DNA from: a virus
Taxonomy: Duplodnaviria; Caudoviricetes
Reading direction: 5' to 3' (one strand)
IMG/VR virus record: IMGVR_UViG_3300048558_000060
Location: 1-30,096 of that record
Length of the DNA: 30,096 bases
Part shown: positions 8,874 through 17,218 of the stretch, in pieces
Layout of the letters: every line of letters starts with the position of its first letter
How positions within the stretch are numbered: the stretch's first letter is position 1
Made by a program: the position numbers and the translations under genes
The notes under the pieces: model-generated
Told to the model about the DNA's origin: nothing
Database searches by the model: none
What the model saw: only the letters and a program-made list of their open reading frames with translations

Positions 8874-9166
8874 AAACGCCTCCAAAATCGGCCAGGGCCG
8901 CGGCGGCGCTGGCGGCCCGGATCGTCGAACACGCGAAGGAATGGCCATTCGGCGATGGCCTTGGCCGTTCCTACGACAATTGCTTCGAGGAGGGCGACGG
9001 CGACGAGGTCTATAAGCATTATATGGCGATCCTCGCCCGCCGGCCGGATCTCGTCGCGAAGCTCAAGCGGATGGGCCACTGGTGTGGGGATTATGAACGC
9101 GATATACTTTACCGCATCGAACGCGATGCTATCGCGAATAGCGCCCAAGGGCTCTTGTTCGCGTAA
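8870..9166 (+). CDS. Hypothetical protein
   Basis: GGAGG RBS and ATGA coupling at 8870-8873. Confidence 0.7.
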   Translation: MKTPPKSARAAAALAARIVEHAKEWPFGDGLGRSYDNCFEEGDGDEVYKHYMAILARRPDLVAKLKRMGHWCGDYERDILYRIERDAIANSAQGLLFA

Positions 9167-9334
9167 CGCAAAGGCGGGCGCGCCCTGCCGGAAATAAAGG
9201 GCCGGTCAAGCCGACCCTGGCGCTCCAATCCCAAGGTCGGTCCTCGGCGCGTCCGCCCCCTTTTGCTTTCCACCCTCCCGAAAACCATCAGGCGCGGTGT
9301 TTCCATCGCCCCATCTAAAACCGAGCCAAAAAAC

Positions 9335-9553
9335 ATGGTGACCACGAAAAAACAGCCGACGACGAAGGCACAAAAACCGAGCGATGTCCAGCCGCCAAAA
9401 AAGTCGAAGTCGATCCTGATTCGCGTCTCGATCGACGAACACGCGGCGATCGACGATGCCGCCTGGACCGCCCGCAAGCGGCTGAGTGAGTTCGTCCGCG
9501 ACGCGGCGCTGGCGTCGGCCGCGCAGGTGCAGAGGTTTGCGGTGAAAAAATAG
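9335..9553 (+). CDS. Ribbon-helix-helix DNA-binding protein (DUF1778/MobC-like)
   Basis: KSKSILIRVSIDEHAAIDDAA...LSEFVRDAALASA is a typical RHH pattern. Confidence 0.7.
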   Translation: MVTTKKQPTTKAQKPSDVQPPKKSKSILIRVSIDEHAAIDDAAWTARKRLSEFVRDAALASAAQVQRFAVKK

Positions 9554-9601
9554 CTCAGGCGCGTTGTTTGCCACGTCGCATCTAATTTCAAGGCACCAAT
9601 T

Positions 9602-9850
9602 ATGTTAACAGTTTTGAGGCACGGAAGACCGACTCGCATACGGATTAACAGTCTGATACGCGACCGCATCCTAACCGTCTCTAAGGTTCAGGGTGGGAAT
9701 TCGATTTTTTTTCGACCGTCCGACAGGCAAGAAGATGATCCAATAGGTTATTTCTGTGCGTTGGTAAATACCAGAAAAGTCTATGGGGAAGTGAGTGCCG
9801 ATTGCCTGCATCATTTGAACAGGCTTGGGTACGAAATCCACGTTCGCTAG
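9602..9850 (+). CDS. Hypothetical protein, AT-richer than its surroundings
   Basis: 82 aa ORF filling the gap up to the convergent gene. Confidence 0.4.
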   Translation: MLTVLRHGRPTRIRINSLIRDRILTVSKVQGGNSIFFRPSDRQEDDPIGYFCALVNTRKVYGEVSADCLHHLNRLGYEIHVR

Positions 9851-10086
9851 TTTTTTAACCGATAGGAAAACTGCCTCCCGCCGCGGCCGCCGGAGCCTTG
9901 CCGCTCGACGAGCCCGGCGTCGATCAGCTTTCCGACCGTCCGCCGCACGGCCGACGTGGAGACGCCGGTCGCCCGGGCCAGGAGCGCGACGGTCGCCCCC
10001 GGATACCTTTTTAGGGTTTTTAGAAGTTGCCGAGGAAGCGGCGTAGCGGCAGAATCTCCAGGTGCTTTTTTCGCGGCGTTCGTCAT
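9847..10086 (-). CDS. Small winged-helix DNA-binding protein
   Basis: ATVALLARATGVSTSAVRRTVGKLIDAGLVERQG. Confidence 0.75.
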   Translation of the reverse strand: MTNAAKKAPGDSAATPLPRQLLKTLKRYPGATVALLARATGVSTSAVRRTVGKLIDAGLVERQGSGGRGGRQFSYRLKN

Positions 10087-10095
10087 AAAATCCCT

Positions 10096-10686
10096 CTACT
10101 CAGTAAGCAACCGGCATTTGCGGTTCTCGGCCTGCATTCGTTCGAACAGCCTTTTCTGGTCTCGCTCGTTCTTGCATTCGACGACGACCTGAAAGACGAT
10201 CGTCTTGGGCGAGGGGTCCGGCTCGATGACAACCGGCTCCTTTTCCAACAGATCGGCGAGCTGCAGGGCATCCGCAAAAGACTCGTCCAACGGTATCGTC
10301 TCGCGGAGGTAGAGCGTCAATTCCATTTGGTCCCAGGTCGAAAGCTCGGCCGTGCGGTTGTCGGCCAGGGCGAAGGCGCGGGCCTTTTGCGCGTCGTCGA
10401 AAATGACCGCCGCGATGTGCGTCCAGCCGAGTTCTTTCCCCGCCGCATAGGTCCCGTTTCCCGCGATAATAATCCGCGTCTCGGGATGAATCACGATCGG
10501 CTTGACCTGCCCGAAGTCCGAGAGCGACTTGGCGATCGCCCGAATGCTTTCTGCCTCGTGCTTACGGAGATTTTTGGGGTCCGGCTCGATCGAGTCCATC
10601 GCGATCGCCAGCGGACGCAGCGCCGGAAGGATGTGTTCGAGCTGCGGTTCGACGTCTGAAACGAGTTGCGGTTTCTTTCTTCCCAT
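10096..10686 (-). CDS. ParB/Srx N-terminal domain protein
   Basis: PDPKNLRKH, SLSDFGQVKPIVI, IIAGNG, ALADNRTAELSTWD. Confidence 0.85.
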   Translation of the reverse strand: MGRKKPQLVSDVEPQLEHILPALRPLAIAMDSIEPDPKNLRKHEAESIRAIAKSLSDFGQVKPIVIHPETRIIIAGNGTYAAGKELGWTHIAAVIFDDAQKARAFALADNRTAELSTWDQMELTLYLRETIPLDESFADALQLADLLEKEPVVIEPDPSPKTIVFQVVVECKNERDQKRLFERMQAENRKCRLLTE

Positions 10687-11069
10687 TATCCCCTCAAATT
10701 CTTGAAGTTAGTTCCGCAGCGTTTGCACTTGCGGTGCTGAATGCCGCCGCGCGTGGTCGTCGCCTTGGTCTGCCGGGGCCCGGCACCGCACTCCGGGCAG
10801 ATTCGGCCGTCTCGCGTGGCGTGCGGATCGTCCGGCAGATACGGTTCGCTTCCCTTCCCGGTCTTCAGCGGTTCCCACTGGCCGCGGATCCACCAGTCGG
10901 TGCCGCAGTGGTTGCACCGTCGATGCTCGCTGCGGGCGATCATCTTGAGCCGCACGTTGTTCGGCGCGTCGATCTTCGTGCCAGTCCGCTCGGCCGTCTC
11001 GAGGATCTCGCTGTCCGTGCATTCACACTCGGGGCAGGGCGGTCCTTCGACCTTTTCAAGTCGGAACAT
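10686..11069 (-). CDS. Double zinc-ribbon protein, candidate Ogr/Delta-like late activator
   Basis: CPEC...RRCNHCG and CPECG...RKCKRCGTNF; ATG 11069 overlaps the end of the terminase gene. Confidence 0.7.
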   Translation of the reverse strand: MFRLEKVEGPPCPECECTDSEILETAERTGTKIDAPNNVRLKMIARSEHRRCNHCGTDWWIRGQWEPLKTGKGSEPYLPDDPHATRDGRICPECGAGPRQTKATTTRGGIQHRKCKRCGTNFKNLRG

Positions 11070-13104
11070 GTTGCCCCCTTCCGGCCCGCGCCGAGGCGAA
11101 CCAATGCGTGGGCGGCGTGGCCCCGCGGCTGGCGTCGTCCTCGGCAACGGAGAACTTGTAGCCCAGGTACCGGCCGGCGGCGAACGCGTAGGCCCCACAG
11201 TCGAGCCAATGGTCCTCACCGTGGATCTCGCGTTTGCCGTTCACCCAGCGGTGGCTGGCAAAATGCGTCGCGATGCGGAAATGCCGCGACTTCTCCATCG
11301 CGTTGAACATCGAGACCGCCCCCGACGCGTCCATCGAGAGCGTCAGACAGTTTTGCAGTCGGGCGATCCAATAGTCCGAGTGGACCATCATCTGAAACGC
11401 ACGATATTTGGTGATTCGCGCAAGGTGAAATTCCTCGCCAATCAAACGGACTTCCTGCCCGATTTTCTTCGGCGCGGAATAGGGCGAACGAAAGTCGCCG
11501 GATTTGCGGGAAATGCCGAAACCCTTGACGCCCAGGTACTGCACTTCATTGTCGCCGGCGGCATTGATGAACGCGAAAACGTCTTTCGTCAGGTAGCCCG
11601 TATCGACCGCCGCCCGGTCCGGCAGCCGGCGATCGCCGCGGCCGACGATCGGAAAGCCCTTTTGCAGGTGATCGTCGAGCTCCATGAGCGCGTGGCGCAC
11701 CGCCTTTTGCTCGGTCATGATGTCGCTCGGCACGCTCACCCGGTCGTAATCGCAAATGTGGATCTTGCCCGACTGACAAAACGCCATCACCAGGTAGTAG
11801 ATCCACCGCTTGTGCACGTCGAGGCCGGCGACCAGGTACTGCGTATCCTCCGGGATCTCGAATTGATCAAGGTCGGCGTCCTTCCGCTTGCAGACGTATT
11901 TTGCTTGCAGCGGCGCGTCGTCCAATTGCGGCGGCTCGTAGGGCATTGCCCAATAGAATTGCAGCCACTCCTTGCGGATCGATTCCGGGTCGCTCTCCAG
12001 CTCGTCGGCGATCTCGGCCGCGTGCGCGACCTGCCAGGCCTTGTGAGCGATCGCCTCGACCGACCAGAACATGTTGTTGAAGCAATTCCAGCGGAAGGCG
12101 AAGATGTGCGTCCGTGGCGGATCTCCGTGGACGTTTCCGTCGCGGTCGATCGTCTGCCCGCGGTGCAGCAGTTTGCCGCGGCGGTTCATTTCCCGCCGCT
12201 CCGCCGCCGTGATGTGGTGCCCGCACAAGCGGCACTCGAAATAGGCGTTTTCCTGGGCGTCGGCCGACGTCTCGCAGTTCTCAAAACCCTTGAAGTCGTC
12301 GATCTCCGGCGTGATGTGTTCTCCGCAGGCCGGGCAAGGGCAGGCCATGACGCTCCCGGTACCCTCCAGCCACTTCCGCCAGATGAATCCGCCCGGCAGA
12401 CTGACCGTGCATTCCCCCGTAATGAAACGCTCGTAGAGATCGTAGGACGAGGTCCGGTTGATCATGCGACCGACCGGGTCTGTCTCCCTACTGACCTCGC
12501 CGGCGGTGTCCATCTTGTCGCACTCGGTCATAATCACGACGCGGGTCGTGAACGACGATTGCTTCTCTTCGCCGCCGCCGGCGGACATGAATTTCAGCGT
12601 CGGGTCGTGCGTGAACTTGATCGCGTTAAGGTTTCCCGTCCCGCCGCGGCTGCCGGGGCCCTTTTGGGGTAGGCAGGCGCGGAATTCTTCGCGTGCCAGG
12701 ATGGCGGGCAGGATTTCCTCGCGCCACTTGTCGGTCGATAGGTCGAGTGTGGGAATGCCACAAACGACGGTTTCCTTGCGTTCGAAGATCGCGTGCAGAA
12801 TGGGGATCACATAACCGTGGAGCGATTTGCCGCCCTGCACGCATCCGGCCAGGTAGTGTTCGATCCACTTGCCGGTGTCAAGCTCTTCGAGCCACAGTTT
12901 CGCCCAGGGCTGCGTATCGGGGTTCCAGAGGAATCCCTTACACTTCCCCTCGGGGATCACGAATTCCTCTTCCGCCCATTGTCGCATCGGGCGGATCGCG
13001 GGCGTGCGGCACTGCGCGAAGAACCACAGGAGGCTAGACAGAATCCCCGCCCGAAACTTCGGCGGGATGGGTGGCGTTGGAGTTGTCTGCGCCGATGCTA
13101 CCAT
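11056..13104 (-). CDS. Terminase large subunit, lambda GpA family
   Basis: MRQWAEE, Walker A-like CVQGGKS, VIMTECD, CPCPACG/CRLCG Zn motifs, nuclease VAGLDVH, AVDTGY, DHWLDCGAYA. Confidence 0.92.
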   Translation of the reverse strand: MVASAQTTPTPPIPPKFRAGILSSLLWFFAQCRTPAIRPMRQWAEEEFVIPEGKCKGFLWNPDTQPWAKLWLEELDTGKWIEHYLAGCVQGGKSLHGYVIPILHAIFERKETVVCGIPTLDLSTDKWREEILPAILAREEFRACLPQKGPGSRGGTGNLNAIKFTHDPTLKFMSAGGGEEKQSSFTTRVVIMTECDKMDTAGEVSRETDPVGRMINRTSSYDLYERFITGECTVSLPGGFIWRKWLEGTGSVMACPCPACGEHITPEIDDFKGFENCETSADAQENAYFECRLCGHHITAAERREMNRRGKLLHRGQTIDRDGNVHGDPPRTHIFAFRWNCFNNMFWSVEAIAHKAWQVAHAAEIADELESDPESIRKEWLQFYWAMPYEPPQLDDAPLQAKYVCKRKDADLDQFEIPEDTQYLVAGLDVHKRWIYYLVMAFCQSGKIHICDYDRVSVPSDIMTEQKAVRHALMELDDHLQKGFPIVGRGDRRLPDRAAVDTGYLTKDVFAFINAAGDNEVQYLGVKGFGISRKSGDFRSPYSAPKKIGQEVRLIGEEFHLARITKYRAFQMMVHSDYWIARLQNCLTLSMDASGAVSMFNAMEKSRHFRIATHFASHRWVNGKREIHGEDHWLDCGAYAFAAGRYLGYKFSVAEDDASRGATPPTHWFASARAGRGQHVPT

Positions 13105-13759
13105 GCTGGTCGGGAGAGTTGTCAGCCGCCGGTTCGCCCGGATCGGCGAGAAGTCCGTTTATCTTTCGCTCGGCCGCGTCGATCGTCTCCAAAAACATCT
13201 TCCGCGCTTCGAGCCCGAACGTCTTTTGCAGGCGGTCGGCGAACGTGCGGAAGACGCCGGCAATTTGCGAATGCAGGCCAAACACTGCCTCGCGCGGGAT
13301 GAGCGTCTTTTCCTTCTCCTCGCGCTCCAGTTCCAGGATGTCGGCCTGGGCCCGCGTCTTGCGGATCTGCTCTTCGCCGAGTCGCGACTTCTGCGCGTCC
13401 GGCATCCAGTCGAAACTCTCGCCGCCGGCACCGCCCAACGGCTTGAACTTTCCCGCGGCGATCGAATCGTGCAGCCACCGCAGGACCGCCCCCAAATCGA
13501 CCTCCGGGCCGCCGATCGGGATGCCATACTGCGCGGCCTGCTCGAGGATTACCTTATCCTTGCGGCCGGAGAGCTCGCGGTAGATCCGTTTCGGCATCCG
13601 GGCATAGTGCCGGCGTGCCGCTTCGTCGTCTAGCCTCTGCTTCACGCGCCGCAAAGCGGCCGCTTCGCGCGCGGTCGGCTGTTGGCCGCGGAGCTTCTTC
13701 TCGTGCGCGGTCCGGGCGAGGGCCTCGTCGTCGCGTTCGGTGTCGGGCGATTGGCTCAT
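13034..13759 (-). CDS. Terminase small subunit (Nu1-like)
   Basis: Upstream of and overlapping terL; VDLGAVLRWL, RKTRAQADILELE...LIPREAV coiled segment. Confidence 0.75.
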   Translation of the reverse strand: MSQSPDTERDDEALARTAHEKKLRGQQPTAREAAALRRVKQRLDDEAARRHYARMPKRIYRELSGRKDKVILEQAAQYGIPIGGPEVDLGAVLRWLHDSIAAGKFKPLGGAGGESFDWMPDAQKSRLGEEQIRKTRAQADILELEREEKEKTLIPREAVFGLHSQIAGVFRTFADRLQKTFGLEARKMFLETIDAAERKINGLLADPGEPAADNSPDQHGSIGADNSNATHPAEVSGGDSV

Positions 13760-13780
13760 TCATGGGCGGCAAACAAAACA

Positions 13781-13811
13781 GCCTTGGACCCCGCCGGCCG
13801 GCGTCCAAGGC
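13781..13811. terminator. Hairpin flanked by T-tracts on both strands, upstream of terS
   Basis: GCCTTGGAC...GTCCAAGGC with ATTTTTT after it on + and TGTTTTGTTT on -. Confidence 0.5.
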
Positions 13812-13832
13812 ATTTTTTGCGAGACAACCGGG

Positions 13833-14153
13833 TCATCGCCTCCCAAGCAAACGGCCCACCGTGCCCGCTACGAGGTGCCGCACGGGCCGACGCTCCAGAA
13901 TCAGGCCACAGACCCTGCGCACCGGCTTTGCCTTCCGAACGGCCTCGACGGCGTTCCTGAGCGGTTGCCTGACCTCGGCCTCGTCGCGGACGGTCAGCGT
14001 CTGGACGGGCAACGGTGAGACGCAGGCGGGCAGCGGTGCGGCAGGCTGCACCTGGCAGCTCTTACCGCGACACGGGCATCCGCCCGCCTGGGCCTCGGGG
14101 CTAAACATAAGCAACGCGATCACCGCCGCGGCGGCCAAAAGAACTCTCACCAT
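13833..14153 (-). CDS. Small secreted Cys/Arg-rich protein
   Basis: Hydrophobic signal peptide ending AQA, then GGCPCRGKSC; GGAGG RBS. Confidence 0.7.
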   Translation of the reverse strand: MVRVLLAAAAVIALLMFSPEAQAGGCPCRGKSCQVQPAAPLPACVSPLPVQTLTVRDEAEVRQPLRNAVEAVRKAKPVRRVCGLILERRPVRHLVAGTVGRLLGRR

Positions 14154-14327
14154 GATGATCCTCCGTAACTAGGAACTTTGGTAAACAGGCAACACTCGCC
14201 TCTGATTCGCAAAATCGATCGAAAGTCGGCCGCCGTTTTCAGGCTCGTTCGCCGGCGGTCCGGTGCGGAGCTTCCGCGTCCGTGCGGCCCGACGATGCCT
14301 GCGCGGGAGCACATTATTCCTGCGCTT

Positions 14328-15077
14328 CTATTTCAACGCCGGCGGCAGATCCTCCGTGCTCGGCACGGTGACCGAGCGGATGGCGAACGCGCCGAAGTTC
14401 TTGATCCCGCTGCATTGCGATTCGGGCAGATAGCCGAATCCGCTATCGCCCCAGCTCTCTCCCCACGAGTTGAGAAATTCGAGGTTCCAGACGCTGTTGA
14501 TCTTCTTCAGACCGACGGCCGTGATCGCGTGCCCACCGGATCCCCAGTAAACGCCGAACACCACAGGCAGCCCGCGCTGCACGGCCGAGGCGACCGCGTC
14601 GAACGTCGGGCAGTCGAACGCCTCCAGGATGCGGATCCGCTTGGCCACGTCAGCCCAGGTCTTCGGCCAGTTGCGGGGAGTCCAGGAATATTGGTCGATC
14701 ACGTCGTTCGGACATATCCCGACCTTCATCATCGCTTCGAGCGCGTCCTCGATGTTCGCCCCCGCGTCACGGCCGCCGTTGATCTGGCCGTAAAGCGAAC
14801 CCTGCGAAAGCAGAATCTGTTTCTCGCCGGCGATTTCGCGGAGGATCATCGCCGCGCCGGCCGCCGCCGACGGGCAACAGGAGTTTTGCGGGTTTTGATC
14901 GATCACCGTCCAGACCTGGTGGCGGATCGAACACTCCTGCCAATCGGCCCGATCGAGAATCGGGCAGGCGTCCACCGTGCCGACGACGGGAAAATGGGCC
15001 TTCGCGCCCACGAGCGACGAACGCGGCAAGCAGCCGGTCGCCTGCGGAAAATGTTGGTCGAGATCGACTATGTGCAT
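14328..15077 (-). CDS. Papain-like (C1 family) cysteine peptidase
   Basis: DQNPQNSCC (oxyanion Q and catalytic C), GGHAITAVG (H), FLNSWGESWGDSGFGYL (N). Confidence 0.92.
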   Translation of the reverse strand: MHIVDLDQHFPQATGCLPRSSLVGAKAHFPVVGTVDACPILDRADWQECSIRHQVWTVIDQNPQNSCCPSAAAGAAMILREIAGEKQILLSQGSLYGQINGGRDAGANIEDALEAMMKVGICPNDVIDQYSWTPRNWPKTWADVAKRIRILEAFDCPTFDAVASAVQRGLPVVFGVYWGSGGHAITAVGLKKINSVWNLEFLNSWGESWGDSGFGYLPESQCSGIKNFGAFAIRSVTVPSTEDLPPALK

Positions 15078-15089
15078 GATCGAAAGGGG

Positions 15090-15290
15090 CTAGGGTTGTG
15101 GAATGGGGGGAGCCTCAAGAACGCGGCAGACAACAGCACGCACCGCGGCACGTTCTTTCTTTGCCAGCGCGGCAAGGCGTTTTTGCTCCTTGCGGGCTCG
15201 CTGCAAGGTATTCCGTTCGCGGATGTCGCGACCGATGCGTTTCTTCAGCCGTGTGATCCGCGCGGATAGGTTATTTTTTCGGGACGCCAC
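15090..15290 (-). CDS. Small highly basic hypothetical protein
   Basis: 66 aa Arg/Lys-rich ORF, GTG start with GGAGG upstream. Confidence 0.5.
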   Translation of the reverse strand: MASRKNNLSARITRLKKRIGRDIRERNTLQRARKEQKRLAALAKKERAAVRAVVCRVLEAPPIPQP

Positions 15291-15882
15291 TTGTGCCTCC
15301 GTACTTCTGAAGGATCGCCAGCAGATTCGCCTCCGAGGGCAAAGTGCCTTCCGTGATGATCTCTCCGCCCGTTCCGACGACGAAGTAATACGGCAGCGAC
15401 TTGGCCCGCGCCGTGTAGGCGGCGATCACCTCGACCAGCTTGTCGTTCTCGTCGGTGACGTCCTTGTCATAGACGGCCTTTTTCCAGGTCTTTGAAGTAC
15501 AAAATTCGTCGATCGACTTGGCGGCCAGAATGCGGCCCTGCTCGGGCGTATCGGTGAGGGATTCATGCAGCAGAACCAACCCCCAGATCTTTTCCGGCGG
15601 CGGCGGGGGCGGGGGAGGCGGCGGCGGGGGTGGTGGCGGTGGTGGGGGGACGACCTGGCCGTCCAAGACCAGCGTGCCGGTCACCAGCTTTCCGCCGGCG
15701 ACATAGACCGCCAGCAACTGCCCATTCTCGCCGGGCAGGAAAACCGCCTGGGCGGTCGTGCCGTCGGCCAGCGGCAAGGCGAATTGTGTCCGCACGGCCG
15801 GGGCCGGGGCGGGATCGGCCGCCATCGCCAGACAGGCCGAAAGCAAAATCAGCGGAATCAGACAGAGCTTCAGTCGGTGCAT
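15271..15882 (-). CDS. Secreted protein with a poly-proline linker and a thioredoxin-like C-terminal domain
   Basis: Signal peptide MHRLKLCLIPLILLSACLAMA, long Pro run, ...AVYDKD...SLPYYFVVGTGGEII..GTLP. Confidence 0.7.
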   Translation of the reverse strand: MHRLKLCLIPLILLSACLAMAADPAPAPAVRTQFALPLADGTTAQAVFLPGENGQLLAVYVAGGKLVTGTLVLDGQVVPPPPPPPPPPPPPPPPPPEKIWGLVLLHESLTDTPEQGRILAAKSIDEFCTSKTWKKAVYDKDVTDENDKLVEVIAAYTARAKSLPYYFVVGTGGEIITEGTLPSEANLLAILQKYGGTSGVPKK

Positions 15883-16241
15883 GGGCGGGCCTCGATTTTT
15901 TGGTGAAGTTTGGTCGCGTCCTCGAAGACGCGGGGGTTCCACGATCGCCATGAGCACAAATGACCGATCACGAAATGGCAGGAATTCGCCTCGCAAAGCG
16001 TGATCAGGTTGGTCGGATCCAGCTCGAGTTGCGGCCGCTGCGAGACCGGGATCCGATGATGAACTTCTAATTGCTCCTTGCCGCCGCAGGCCACGCACCG
16101 CGGGTGTTTTTCCAGGTGCTCGGCCCGAAGTGCCGGCCAGTGGCCGCTCCGCGTGCAGCCGCAATCCCGCGGGTCGCCGAGCTCGTCCTCTTCGACCGGC
16201 TCGATCGGCAGCCGCAGCAGATTGAAAAGCCAGGTCAGCAT
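15870..16241 (-). CDS. HNH endonuclease
   Basis: WPALRAEHL...CVACG...LEVHHRIP...NLITLC...CH. Confidence 0.9.
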   Translation of the reverse strand: MLTWLFNLLRLPIEPVEEDELGDPRDCGCTRSGHWPALRAEHLEKHPRCVACGGKEQLEVHHRIPVSQRPQLELDPTNLITLCEANSCHFVIGHLCSWRSWNPRVFEDATKLHQKIEARPCTD

Positions 16242-16314
16242 GGGCGGAAAGGAAAATCACGGCCCGGCCGGCCGGATTGCTCCCACCGACCGGGCCTCTC
16301 CAAGGGTGTTCGAA

Positions 16315-16710
16315 CTAGCCGTTTCCGGGCTCGCCGCTCGCTTCCTGGACGGAAGGCGCCGGGGTGTTCTTCGGGAAGAGGCTGATGATCACCGTCAGCA
16401 TCTGAACCAACTTCGCCCAGTCGATCTTCGAGAGGCGGTCGATGATCGCGCCGTCGCCGAATTTCCCCACGTTTGCCGCGCAGTACGATCGGACGTGCCG
16501 CTCGAATTGTTCGTTCAAGACGTTCGACAGCTCGCCCATAGCGGCCATCGTCTTTTCCTGGCCGCCGAACGTGGCGACCAGATCGACGCAGTCGGCGGCC
16601 AGCTCGCCCGCCCACGCCTTGACCTCTTCGCGATCGCTGAACGACGGCAGGGGCAGCGCGTCGTGAATGCAGTCCAGAATCACCGCAAAAGTTTCCGGAT
16701 TGAACGCCAT
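16315..16710 (-). CDS. Hypothetical protein with a C-terminal amphipathic/hydrophobic helix (holin candidate by position only)
   Basis: GGAGG RBS; IDWAKLVQMLTVIISLF; first gene after the late promoter. Confidence 0.65.
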   Translation of the reverse strand: MAFNPETFAVILDCIHDALPLPSFSDREEVKAWAGELAADCVDLVATFGGQEKTMAAMGELSNVLNEQFERHVRSYCAANVGKFGDGAIIDRLSKIDWAKLVQMLTVIISLFPKNTPAPSVQEASGEPGNG

Positions 16711-16723
16711 ACGAAAAACCTCC

Positions 16724-16774
16724 AAAAGAAAAAGGGACCACAAACCGGGTAAATTTTCCGGCTCTTGGTCCCTT
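16724..16774 (-). terminator. Intrinsic terminator in the late-operon leader
   Basis: Minus strand AGGGACCA-AGAGCCGG-loop-CCGGTTTG-TGGTCCCT, followed by a T-rich tract. Confidence 0.7.
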
Positions 16775-16782
16775 CGTCGGCC

Positions 16783-16813
16783 AGCATAGCAAATGCCGGC
16801 TCGAAGTTGTCAA
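16783..16813 (-). promoter_or_regulatory. Sigma70-type late promoter (pR'-like position)
   Basis: TTGACA (16813-16808), 19-nt spacer, extended -10 TG-C-TATGCT (16788-16783). Confidence 0.6.
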
Positions 16814-16909
16814 GGGGTTTTCCTATCTTCACATCGCAAGGAAAAGGCACCGGCCGGCGGAGTCTGGTTTGAAAGGGACCAAGAGCTTGCCGCCGACCGG
16901 CCTTATCGA

Positions 16910-17218
16910 CTATTCCGTTTGCCCGTGAAACTTGATGCGGTTGTGGCGGCGGCCGTCGGGCAACGGGCGGCCAGGCGGCGAAATTATTTCTTCGTAATCC
17001 ACCGGATCGTCTTCGTGAAACAAATCCATGCCGAGCAAGGCCCGGGCACGCAAGAGATTGAATTTCGTCCTGGTACCCGGGCGGGCCTTCGTCGGCCGCG
17101 GCGCCGGACGCGGTTCGAAACCTTCGTCGCACCCATACGTCTGAATATGTTCGAAGATGTTCGCGCCGGAAGGCGGCAGGATGTCCGTAACTTTCGCGTC
17201 GTCGATCATCGTGATCAT
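16910..17218 (-). CDS. Hypothetical protein with a PT-x-A-x-PG...K...L..R...G.DLFHEDD motif
   Basis: ATGA coupling at 17218-17215; motif recalled from small Planctomycete proteins (not database-verified). Confidence 0.65.
   Translation of the reverse strand: MITMIDDAKVTDILPPSGANIFEHIQTYGCDEGFEPRPAPRPTKARPGTRTKFNLLRARALLGMDLFHEDDPVDYEEIISPPGRPLPDGRRHNRIKFHGQTE

Noticed and set aside
10741-12672. 643 aa plus-strand ORF
   Set aside because: Antisense shadow of the terminase gene
15596-15648. G-rich low-complexity run (G-quadruplex or contingency locus?)
   Set aside because: Explained by a mixed-codon poly-proline linker on the minus strand
15870-16241. HNH nuclease as a homing or defence element
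   Set aside because: Small HNH genes near terminases are a common packaging cofactor; no intron or target context was seen
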